DNA of 32,151 bases, taken from the NCBI GenBank assembly GCA_051866555.1, contig JBJDXG010000010.1:1-32151 (forward strand), written 5' to 3'. Positions 9,033 to 17,818 of this stretch are shown here, one piece after another. Made by a program: the position numbers and the translations under genes. Origin of the DNA: a bacterium (GTDB taxonomy: Bacteria; Bacillota; JBJDXG01). The first letter of the stretch is position 1; every line of letters begins with the position of its first letter. The notes under the pieces were generated by a model. The model made no database searches, was not told where the DNA came from, and saw only the letters and a list, made by a program, of their open reading frames with translations.

Positions 9033-10072
<1,040 letters not shown>

Positions 10073-10129
10073 ATACTTCACCCCAATTTTATTTTTATTA
10101 CATGCATAAAACAAAGCATTCTGTCCATA

Positions 10130-10158
10130 ATAATAATATGCTGCAAAAAATATCGCAA
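10130..10158 (-). promoter_or_regulatory. Candidate sigma-A promoter for rsmD-coaD
   Basis: On the minus strand: TTGCGA (10158-10153), 17-nt spacer, TATTAT (10135-10130). Confidence 0.4.
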
Positions 10159-10226
10159 CAATTATAATCTATATTCAGCACTAATCACAGTAAGATAAGT
10201 TAGCCTCCCCCCAATAAGCTCTTTCT

Positions 10227-12263
10227 CTAGTTTCTCCTCTCCCCCAGGCAGCAGATAACACTATCTGCTGCCTTTTTTAACTCATCATAGCCCTCTAAAA
10301 GAGGCGCTTCAGCCAGCAAAGCAAGAGCCTCATTTCGTGCCGCCTGCAATATTTTTTCATCTAAAGCGAGATTGGCTATGCGAAACTGCCAAAAGCCATG
10401 CTGCTTTACCCCTAAAAATTCTCCCGGCCCTCTGAGCTGCAAGTCCTTTTCAGCAATTTTAAAGCCGTCACTGGTTTCAGTCATAACCTTAAGGCGCTGG
10501 CTGTCCTTTTCATGCAGCAAAAAGCAGTAAGACTGCTCCTTGCCGCGTCCTACCCGTCCTCTGAGCTGGTGAAGCTGGGACAAGCCAAACCTCTCACTGT
10601 TCTCAATAACCATAACCGTAGCATTAGGCACATCAATTCCCACTTCTATTACCGTGGTTGAAACTAAGATCTGTAATTTTCCCGCCTTAAACAGCTGCAT
10701 AACTGCCTCTTTTTCTTTGGCCTTCATTCTGCCATGCAGCAAACCCACTGAAAAATCGGAAAAAACCTCTTCCTGCAGTACAGCTGCTAAATCAATGGCC
10801 GCCTGCAAAGAAAGCTTTTCTGATTCTTCAACTAAGGGACAGACAAAATATACCTGTCTGCCTTCCCGGACCTTACGGCGTATAAAATCATATACCTTAG
10901 CCCGGTAAGCATTTTCCAGACTTTTAGTTACTATCTCCTGCCTTCCCGGAGGCAGCTCATCTAAAACAGAAACCTCCAGGTCGCCGTAAACGGTTAAAGA
11001 AAGCGTTCTGGGAATAGGAGTAGCGGTCATGATTAAAATATCGGGATTTAAGCCCTTATCTGCCAAAGCAGCACGCTGCAGAACACCAAAGCGATGCTGC
11101 TCGTCAATCACTGCAAAGGCTAAATTTTTAAACATCACCTTATCCTGAATTAACGCATGAGTCCCGATAATCAGCTGTACCTGGCCTGATTTAATCAATT
11201 CCAACGACTGCTCCTTCTGCTTCTTCGTTAAATTGCCGGTTAAAAGAACAGTTTCAATCCCCAAAGGCTGAAAAAGCAGGCTTAGATTTTTAAAATGCTG
11301 CTCTGCCAGCACCTCAGTAGGGGCCATTAAAGCAGCCTGTAGGCCTGATTCAAGCGCAAACGCCAAAGTAAAAGCAGCTGTTATAGTTTTGCCCGAACCT
11401 ACATCACCCTGCAAAAGACGATTCATCGGATAATTGCGCCGCAAATCAGCTTTTATTTCCCGAATAACCCTTTGCTGAGCCTTAGTCAGACTAAAAGGCA
11501 GACTGTTTTTTAATTCAGAGGTCAGAGTATCATTAAAAAGATAATTCCAGCTTCTCTTTTTCTGAGCATAAATCTGTTTTGTACTTAAAATGCCTAATTG
11601 AAATAAAAATAATTCATCAAAGGCCAGCCTTTTTCTGGCTCTCTCCTTAACAAGCAGACTGCCGGGAAAATGAATATCCTTTAAAGCCTCATAAAACCCG
11701 GGAAGATGATATTTCTGCCGGATAAAATCGGGCAGATAATCGGTAAAATCCCAGTTTTTGTCCTGCAAAACATTAGCTGTAATCTTACGCCAAAAATTCT
11801 GAGATAAGCCCTCACTGCTGGGGTAAACCGGCAGAACAGGACAAAATTTATTTTCTGTCCAGCGTTCTATTTCTGCATTTTTAACGGTAATTCTGCCGGA
11901 AAACAATTCAGCCTTACCGTAAATCAAAAGCTTCTCGCCAAGGGAATAGGACTTCAGAACATACGGCGACTGAAAAAAAACTAAATCAGCCGTCCCGGAG
12001 CCGTCAGAAACGGTAAGCAGAGCAACAGCTTTCCCCTTTCTGCTGGTTTTTACGGTTTTTTTAGCTTTTACCCTGGCTAAAAAAGCCTCTTCCTCCAAAA
12101 AGCCTAATTCAGCTATTTTTTTTAACTGTCTGCGGTCATGATAGGCTCTCGGCACATGATAGAGCAAATCTCTCACCGTATGCAGTCCAAGGCGCTGTAA
12201 GTCTCTCAAGCGAACCGGCCCTACGCCTTTAACGTGCTGCAAGCCTTTTTCTAATGAATCCAT
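10227..12263 (-). CDS. recG: ATP-dependent DNA helicase RecG
   Basis: It has a wedge domain plus SF2 helicase motifs (GDVGSGKT, DEQHRFG, TATPIPRTL, QLHQLRGRVGRG). The likely start is ATG 12263 (MDSLEKG...), preceded by AGGGGAG. The ORF-track start 12296 adds 11 unsupported codons. Confidence 0.93.
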   Translation of the reverse strand: MDSLEKGLQHVKGVGPVRLRDLQRLGLHTVRDLLYHVPRAYHDRRQLKKIAELGFLEEEAFLARVKAKKTVKTSRKGKAVALLTVSDGSGTADLVFFQSPYVLKSYSLGEKLLIYGKAELFSGRITVKNAEIERWTENKFCPVLPVYPSSEGLSQNFWRKITANVLQDKNWDFTDYLPDFIRQKYHLPGFYEALKDIHFPGSLLVKERARKRLAFDELFLFQLGILSTKQIYAQKKRSWNYLFNDTLTSELKNSLPFSLTKAQQRVIREIKADLRRNYPMNRLLQGDVGSGKTITAAFTLAFALESGLQAALMAPTEVLAEQHFKNLSLLFQPLGIETVLLTGNLTKKQKEQSLELIKSGQVQLIIGTHALIQDKVMFKNLAFAVIDEQHRFGVLQRAALADKGLNPDILIMTATPIPRTLSLTVYGDLEVSVLDELPPGRQEIVTKSLENAYRAKVYDFIRRKVREGRQVYFVCPLVEESEKLSLQAAIDLAAVLQEEVFSDFSVGLLHGRMKAKEKEAVMQLFKAGKLQILVSTTVIEVGIDVPNATVMVIENSERFGLSQLHQLRGRVGRGKEQSYCFLLHEKDSQRLKVMTETSDGFKIAEKDLQLRGPGEFLGVKQHGFWQFRIANLALDEKILQAARNEALALLAEAPLLEGYDELKKAADSVICCLGERRN

Positions 12264-12384
12264 CAAATAAACTCCCCTAAAGCTTAGAACTGCCAATTAC
12301 AGTTAATGCCAGCATAATAATTTTATATTTATTACGCTATGTTTATAATAACAAAAAGATATTGTTAATTCAAGCAATTTATAC

Positions 12385-12413
12385 TTGCTACAATTTAGTA
12401 TTTATGCTAAAAT
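12385..12413 (+). promoter_or_regulatory. Candidate sigma-A promoter for rpmB
   Basis: TTGCTA (12385-12390), 17-nt spacer, TAAAAT (12408-12413). Confidence 0.5.
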
Positions 12414-12456
12414 AGATTTGTTATGGGATACAGGTACCGAAGGAGGTGGAAGTATA

Positions 12457-12645
12457 ATGGCTAGAGAATGTATTGTTTGTAATAAAAAGACAACTACTGG
12501 TTTTAATGTGAGTCACTCTCATGTAAAAACTAAAAGAAGATGGCTTCCAAATTTGCAAAGGGTTAAAGCAGTTATCAACGGAGAAACCCGTCGCGTATAC
12601 ATCTGCACTAAATGTTTAAAAGCTGGCAAAATTCAAAGAGCATAA
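12457..12645 (+). CDS. rpmB: 50S ribosomal protein L28
   Basis: MARECIVCNKKTTTGFNVSHSHVKTKRRWLPNLQRVKA... (62 aa). AGGAGGTG at 12441-12448. The ORF-track start 12385 lies inside the promoter. Confidence 0.95.
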   Translation: MARECIVCNKKTTTGFNVSHSHVKTKRRWLPNLQRVKAVINGETRRVYICTKCLKAGKIQRA

Positions 12646-12648
12646 TTT

Positions 12649-12692
12649 TAAAAAGGACTTTAGATTTTCGCTTTCTAAAAGTCCTTTTTTTA
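12649..12692. terminator. Bidirectional terminator between rpmB and trmB
   Basis: AAAAAGGACTTTAG ... CTAAAAGTCCTTTTTTT hairpin (one bulge), with an A-run on the 5' side and a T-run on the 3' side. Confidence 0.75.
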
Positions 12693-12710
12693 TTGCCCTT
12701 GTATTCTTCC

Positions 12711-13361
12711 TTAATAGCTGGCTTCTACCCGGTATATTTTCTTTCCCTGCCGACTAAAGCGGGTTTCATACTCTGTCATTATGTTATCAGCGGCAAACTC
12801 ACTGTTATGCAGATCAAAAGTAATATTTTTCAGCTTAAAATCCTCCTCTGCCAGCTGATTTAAAGAAAATTCAAACAGAGCCTCATTATCAGTCTTAAAA
12901 AATATTTCTCCGCCCGGTTTTAAAAATTTTTTATACATTTTAAGCTTTCTTACAGAGGTTAAACGTTTCCTCGCTTTTCCCTTAGCAGGCCAGGGGTCAG
13001 AAAAATTCAAATAAATCCTTTCCACTGTATTTTCTGCTAAAAGAAAGTGCAGATTAGTAATATCCAAAATTAAAAATCTTAAATTATCCAGAGGCGCTTC
13101 TTTTATTTTAAGCAATGCTTTATAAACCACAGAAGTAAACTGGTCAATCCCCAAATAATTTATCCCAGGATTACGGGCAGCCAAAGTAGTGATAAATAAT
13201 CCCCGTCCCATTCCCAATTCTAAGTGCAGAGGCTGCTCCTTGGGAAAAAAGCCGTCCAGCGTAAATTTTTTATCCTTTAAGGCAAAATAGTCCAGTGTAC
13301 GCACCAATTCAGGATAGCTGTCAACTACCGGCTGGGCTTCAGGTATATTTCTTAAACGCAT
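12711..13361 (-). CDS. trmB: tRNA (guanine46-N7)-methyltransferase
   Basis: MRLRNIPEA..., LELGMGRG, FSDPWPK-like (FSDPWPAKG). The second ATG (13361) has GAAAGG at a 9-nt spacing. The ORF-track ATG 13370 abuts the Shine-Dalgarno. Confidence 0.9.
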   Translation of the reverse strand: MRLRNIPEAQPVVDSYPELVRTLDYFALKDKKFTLDGFFPKEQPLHLELGMGRGLFITTLAARNPGINYLGIDQFTSVVYKALLKIKEAPLDNLRFLILDITNLHFLLAENTVERIYLNFSDPWPAKGKARKRLTSVRKLKMYKKFLKPGGEIFFKTDNEALFEFSLNQLAEEDFKLKNITFDLHNSEFAADNIMTEYETRFSRQGKKIYRVEASY

Positions 13362-13433
13362 ATACTTCATCCTTTCGCAAAATAGTAAAAAGAGTTATAA
13401 TATCAACAGTTAAATAAAGAAAAGAGGGATCTT

Positions 13434-14666
13434 ATGAATCAAATTTTAGAACGTTTTCTTCGTTATGTGCAGCATGATACAGCTTCTAATGAAGAAAATA
13501 AGCATTGTCCCAGCAATCCAAGTGAAAGAGATTTCGCCCTGACAATTGCCGGAGAACTGAAAGAGCTTGGTTTAACAGACGTTACAGTCGATCAGAATGG
13601 TTATCTTTTTGCAACGATTCCGGCTAATACCAGCAAAAAATTACCGGTAATCGGTTTTATAGCCCATTTAGATACGAGTCCTGACTGCTCAGGACAAGTA
13701 AAACCGCAGATCATCAGAAACTACCAGGGAGGAAATATTTGCTTAAATGAAAAAGAAAACATTATCTTAAGTCCGAAAGAATTTCCTGAGCTCCTGGACT
13801 ACTTAGGAGATGATTTAGTTACTACAGACGGCACCTCCCTGTTAGGAGCAGATGATAAAGCGGGCATTACTGCCATTGTTTCAGCCGCTGAGGTTTTAAT
13901 GCACACTCCCTTCAGTCATGGAACGATTAAAATTGCTCTGACTCCTGACGAAGAAATAGGCCGCGGAGCTGATTTATTCGATGTCGCATCCTTTGGAGCC
14001 GACTTTGCCTACACAGTTGACGGCGGTTCTGTCGGAGAACTGGAATATGAAAACTTCAACGCTGCCAAGGCTGTAATTACTGTAAACGGCATTAATGTCC
14101 ATCCCGGCTATGCTAAAAATAAAATGAAAAATGCTGCCTTGATTGCAGCTGAATTTATCAACGAATTTCCCAAGGCAGAAACGCCTGAACGAACAGAAAA
14201 TTATGAGGGCTTCTATCACCTTATTTCTCTTAATGGTGAGGTGGAAAAAGCAGTCATGCATTATCTGATCCGTGATTTTCAAACCGACGGCTTTGCTGAA
14301 CGAAAAAAATTCGTGCAAAATCTGGTGAACAAGTTTCAGCAAAGGTATGGGCAGAATACAATTCATCTGGAGCTTACGGATTCTTACTATAATATGAAAG
14401 AAAAGCTTCAGGGCTTAGAGCATATAATCAAAACAGCAGCCGAGGCCATGGAACAATGCGGAGTTGAACCTAAGATTCAGCCGATCCGCGGCGGTACAGA
14501 CGGAGCCAGATTATCCTTTATGGGACTTCCTACTCCTAATATCTTTACCGGAGGCCATAATTTTCATGGCCGCTATGAATTTCTCCCTTTACAGTCGTTA
14601 AAAAAATCAACTGAAGTCATTTTAAAAATAATTGAGCTCTATGGCGCAAAAGCCCCTCAGGATTAA
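13434..14666 (+). CDS. pepT: Peptidase T (tripeptide aminopeptidase, M20B)
   Basis: 410 aa. RFLRYVQHDT.S, IAHLDTSPD, LGADDKAG, TPDEEIG and GGTDGA match PepT. Confidence 0.93.
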   Translation: MNQILERFLRYVQHDTASNEENKHCPSNPSERDFALTIAGELKELGLTDVTVDQNGYLFATIPANTSKKLPVIGFIAHLDTSPDCSGQVKPQIIRNYQGGNICLNEKENIILSPKEFPELLDYLGDDLVTTDGTSLLGADDKAGITAIVSAAEVLMHTPFSHGTIKIALTPDEEIGRGADLFDVASFGADFAYTVDGGSVGELEYENFNAAKAVITVNGINVHPGYAKNKMKNAALIAAEFINEFPKAETPERTENYEGFYHLISLNGEVEKAVMHYLIRDFQTDGFAERKKFVQNLVNKFQQRYGQNTIHLELTDSYYNMKEKLQGLEHIIKTAAEAMEQCGVEPKIQPIRGGTDGARLSFMGLPTPNIFTGGHNFHGRYEFLPLQSLKKSTEVILKIIELYGAKAPQD

Positions 14667-14683
14667 TCCAAAGGGGCTTTTGC
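14646..14683. terminator. 38-bp near-perfect palindrome centred on the overlapping pepT/selU stop codons (probable bidirectional terminator)
   Basis: GCAAAAGCCCCT-CA-GGATTAATCC-AA-AGGGGCTTTTGC has 12-bp perfect arms (14646-14657 and 14672-14683). The pepT TAA is at 14664-14666 and the selU TAA is the reverse complement of 14663-14665. TTTTGC follows the stem in both directions. Confidence 0.6.
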
Positions 14684-15694
14684 CATCCAGTCTGCAATAC
14701 CCTTTACACATTCATCCAAATCAGCAGTATTTACCACTAAATCATACTTATACTCCCGCTGCTTATGCCGATATAAAGGGTCATAATAATCATTAATCAA
14801 AATATAAGCTATTTCCTGATATTTATCCTCCCGCAATAGCTGCTGCAATAATTTAATCTTCTTTTCTCCTAAATTGACCTTCAGTCTGCTCAGCAGCTCA
14901 AGGACTTCATCCTTGCTTTTCGGGGTCTTGATATATTCCTTCACCAATCTGGCAGCCCTTAATTCAAGAGGAGCTTCAACTAAAATATGCAGTCCGTTCT
15001 GCATACTTTCATACAGCTCTCCCGCAAGACAGACATGACCGATTTTTCGGCTTTCCGCTTCAATAAAAACAAAATCACTTTTTCGGTCAAGCAGCTGATG
15101 ATAGATTATACTTTCAAAAGTCTTCTGACTGTTTTGCCGCCCAAGACCAAGCGAACCAAATATAGAGCCGCGATGGTTGGCTGCCCCTTCCAAATCCAGA
15201 ATATTAAAGCCCTTTTCCGCTAATTTATATAACAGCTCTGTTTTACCGGTGCCTGTATAGCCATGCAGCACCAGATATTTTATTTTTTTATGCAGCTTCG
15301 GCAGCTGAGAGCAAACCGTTTGACGATAAGCCTTATAGCCTCCTTCCAGCTGCCAGAGAGGAATATTTAAGGCATTAAACAAGGCACATAATGAGCCGCT
15401 GCGCATTCCGCCGCGGGCACAGAAAACAACCAGCTTCTTTTTTAATTTACGGTATTCCTGAATTTTATCATAAAGAGAAATGAGATTCCTGCCGACCAAG
15501 TCTATGCCTATCCGTTTAGCCTTTTCCTTGCTTTCCTGAGTATAAACAGTGCCGATCAATTTTCTTTCTGCATCAGAAAACAAAGGCAGGCTGACAGCTC
15601 CCGGAATCGTGCTGTCCTGATATTCTCCCGGACTTCTGACATCTAACAGCAGGCATTTGTCATCTATATCCTGATAAGCAATCGTTCTTAACAT
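14663..15694 (-). CDS. selU: tRNA 2-selenouridine/geranyl-2-thiouridine synthase (rhodanese plus P-loop)
   Basis: 343 aa. It has a rhodanese domain with the active-site loop FCARGGMRSG and Walker A LHGYTGTGKTELL, the typical SelU/MnmH architecture. Its ATG overlaps the stop of the upstream gene by 7 nt. Confidence 0.85.
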   Translation of the reverse strand: MLRTIAYQDIDDKCLLLDVRSPGEYQDSTIPGAVSLPLFSDAERKLIGTVYTQESKEKAKRIGIDLVGRNLISLYDKIQEYRKLKKKLVVFCARGGMRSGSLCALFNALNIPLWQLEGGYKAYRQTVCSQLPKLHKKIKYLVLHGYTGTGKTELLYKLAEKGFNILDLEGAANHRGSIFGSLGLGRQNSQKTFESIIYHQLLDRKSDFVFIEAESRKIGHVCLAGELYESMQNGLHILVEAPLELRAARLVKEYIKTPKSKDEVLELLSRLKVNLGEKKIKLLQQLLREDKYQEIAYILINDYYDPLYRHKQREYKYDLVVNTADLDECVKGIADWMAKAPLD

Positions 15695-16731
15695 TTTATC
15701 CGCCGCAAAGCTCTGTTTATCTCATTAAGATAAAAATATTCCGGTTCAAATCTGCGTCCTCCGGTATCCTTTTCCGCCCAGGCCAGAGCCTCTAAAAATT
15801 CAGGATGATTAGGATTCTTGATTACCTTTAAAAATTCAGCATAGCCTTTCATGCCTCCAATCTCCTCCGGCGGACGGTTTCTGGCTCCGGCCAGGCAAAC
15901 CGGTTCCGGCAGGTAATCCAGAAAAACCTTTTCTAAAATAATTTCATGCTGCCATTTATTCTGAAAATCATAAAGATATAACAAAACCTTTTCCGTATTA
16001 AAAAAAGTACTGATCCTTTCCCGCGATAATTTCTGCCCATTAAAAGAATAATCTGCTCTGTTCTGCCAGCCGAAGGCTGCCTGGATTATCTTATGCAGCT
16101 TGTTGAACGTAATGCCTGCGGGAACGAGCAGCCTGCGCCAAATAGCCGGTTTACACCCTTTCAGGGTAATGATAAACTGATAAACCTCTCTTTTAGTCTC
16201 TGCAAAAGCAGAGCTGTTTTCCAGATTAGTATTGGCAATATACTGCTCCAGGCTTCTTTTTAAGCTCGCTTCATCCGTTTCATCGAGCAAGCCCTCAGCT
16301 TTAGCCTCGGAAAACAACTTTTTGCCAAGGTCCCAATCATTTTCTGAGTTAGCAATCCGCAGCATTTCAGGCGCAATCTTATGCAGTCGCTTAATTAAAA
16401 CAGGTGCTTTAGGCAAATACTCCTTTTCAGCCAGAAAACTAAAAAAAGCAGTAAGCACCGGTTCAATACTGACAAAAAATCTCTCATCCGCCAAAACCTT
16501 TCTCGGCAGTACATCACAGCAGATGCCCTCCAGAGCCTTAGCCGTCCATTTCAGCGGAGAAAGGAGATAATAGCTGTACATCAGCTCAGTAAAAATTGAA
16601 ATGGCAGAAGAAGTTTCTTTTTTAGCTGCCAAACTTAGATTTTGATAAGCAAAAGTACCTTTAAATTCATCAATCCAGGAATTAACCTGAGCTTTGCAGG
16701 CTCTTAATTCCTCATCAGAAAACTCTTTCAT
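15688..16731 (-). CDS. PRiA4_ORF3 / MM3350-like domain protein with an uncharacterised ~180-aa N-terminal domain
   Basis: 347 aa. The C-terminal half (VYQFIITLKGCKPAIWRRLLVP...LHKIIQAAFGW...YLYDFQNKWQHEI...PVCLAGARNRPPEEIGGMKGYAEFL) matches the plasmid pRiA4b ORF-3-like (PF07929) pattern. The N-terminal half is not recognised. The ATG lies 1 nt after the upstream stop. Confidence 0.75.
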   Translation of the reverse strand: MKEFSDEELRACKAQVNSWIDEFKGTFAYQNLSLAAKKETSSAISIFTELMYSYYLLSPLKWTAKALEGICCDVLPRKVLADERFFVSIEPVLTAFFSFLAEKEYLPKAPVLIKRLHKIAPEMLRIANSENDWDLGKKLFSEAKAEGLLDETDEASLKRSLEQYIANTNLENSSAFAETKREVYQFIITLKGCKPAIWRRLLVPAGITFNKLHKIIQAAFGWQNRADYSFNGQKLSRERISTFFNTEKVLLYLYDFQNKWQHEIILEKVFLDYLPEPVCLAGARNRPPEEIGGMKGYAEFLKVIKNPNHPEFLEALAWAEKDTGGRRFEPEYFYLNEINRALRRIKC

Positions 16732-16732
16732 C

Positions 16733-17773
16733 TTATTCTCCCTTCGAATCTGTTAGCGGAAAAAGAATTCTCAAAGCAGTCACATCCTTAAGCGTATCAA
16801 AGGTCAAACCGGTAATCGTCGGCATAGGCTGCCAGTCTCCTCCGTTTATCTGCACATCAACCAGGTAGTTGTTCCGCCAGCTGTCCTTGTTATAAACCGG
16901 CTGAATATAATGTCCGAATAAAGGTTCTTTGCCTTCAATCAAGTCCTTAGTTAGATAAGAAGAAACTACCAGCCATTGAGCACCTACCGTATACCCCAGC
17001 TTAGACGCATGGTAGCTGGGTACAATCTGAAAACCGCCTATTTCTCCCTCCGGCGAAGTGGAAATACAGATTACTCCGGGATGATTGGCTCTGATTCTGC
17101 CTATATCAGCATAGTGCGTTCCGCCAAATCTTCCCGTTCCTTGAACCGGCTGCTCTACCACCGCAATCTGGGTAACCTGGCCATTCAGTTCCTTCAGCAG
17201 CACCCGGCCGTCCTTTTTATTTTCAATAATGATCTGGGCTGCTCTTTTTTCCGGTCTTTCCACCACAATAGTCAGCACATCACCTGACCTCGGCTGATAA
17301 TCATGAGGCAAAGGTTCAGCACCTAAATAAATTAAATTGCCGACAAACGGAGACTGCCCGCCGCCGAAAATTCCTGTTCCTGCCGGAATATCAGTAAATA
17401 TTGAAGAATTATCAGAAAAGTAAGAATCAGGCCGCAGCAAAGGACTGCTCATTTCCTGAGGCAAAATGCTGAATAGAACCGGATTATCTCCTTCCTGTCT
17501 TATCTTCACATGAATTGCATTAACCGCAGTTGCCACAACAGCACCAGGTTCACCGTAAGCACTGGCAGCAAATCCGGCATTGCTTACCCCTAAAGCATTT
17601 TTTACGACTCGGCCGATAGTTTGCCACTCACTTCCCTGATTATAGCTTATTTTAATCTCGCCGTCAGGCTGATTAGCTATCTGAATCCGATATAACTCCT
17701 TAGCCAGGGCTAAAGAAGCAAAGCTGAAAATAAACAAAAAGCTCAAACAAAGAATAAATATCTTTTTTTTCAT
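16733..17773 (-). CDS. Secreted protein of unknown function (Sec signal peptide)
   Basis: 346 aa. MKKKIFILCLSFLFIFSFASLALA-KE is a canonical signal peptide with an ALA cleavage site. There is no family I can name. AAGGGAGGG is the RBS. Confidence 0.7.
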   Translation of the reverse strand: MKKKIFILCLSFLFIFSFASLALAKELYRIQIANQPDGEIKISYNQGSEWQTIGRVVKNALGVSNAGFAASAYGEPGAVVATAVNAIHVKIRQEGDNPVLFSILPQEMSSPLLRPDSYFSDNSSIFTDIPAGTGIFGGGQSPFVGNLIYLGAEPLPHDYQPRSGDVLTIVVERPEKRAAQIIIENKKDGRVLLKELNGQVTQIAVVEQPVQGTGRFGGTHYADIGRIRANHPGVICISTSPEGEIGGFQIVPSYHASKLGYTVGAQWLVVSSYLTKDLIEGKEPLFGHYIQPVYNKDSWRNNYLVDVQINGGDWQPMPTITGLTFDTLKDVTALRILFPLTDSKGE

Positions 17774-17803
17774 ATCCTGCCCTCCCTTATTAGTTTTCGT
17801 AAT

Positions 17804-17812
17804 ATTATATCA
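17804..17812 (-). promoter_or_regulatory. Extended -10 promoter (TGaTATAAT) for the secreted-protein/PRiA4/selU trio
   Basis: The minus strand reads TGATATAAT in the 45-nt gap between the topB stop (17819) and ATG 17773. No convincing -35 is present. Confidence 0.4.
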
Positions 17813-17818
17813 TAAAAC

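Noticed and set aside
14646-14683. The 38-bp palindrome as a dif/Xer recombination site or restriction-related element.
   Set aside because: It has no resemblance to the known Firmicute dif consensus. Its placement exactly on convergent stop codons, with U-rich flanks, fits a bidirectional terminator much better.
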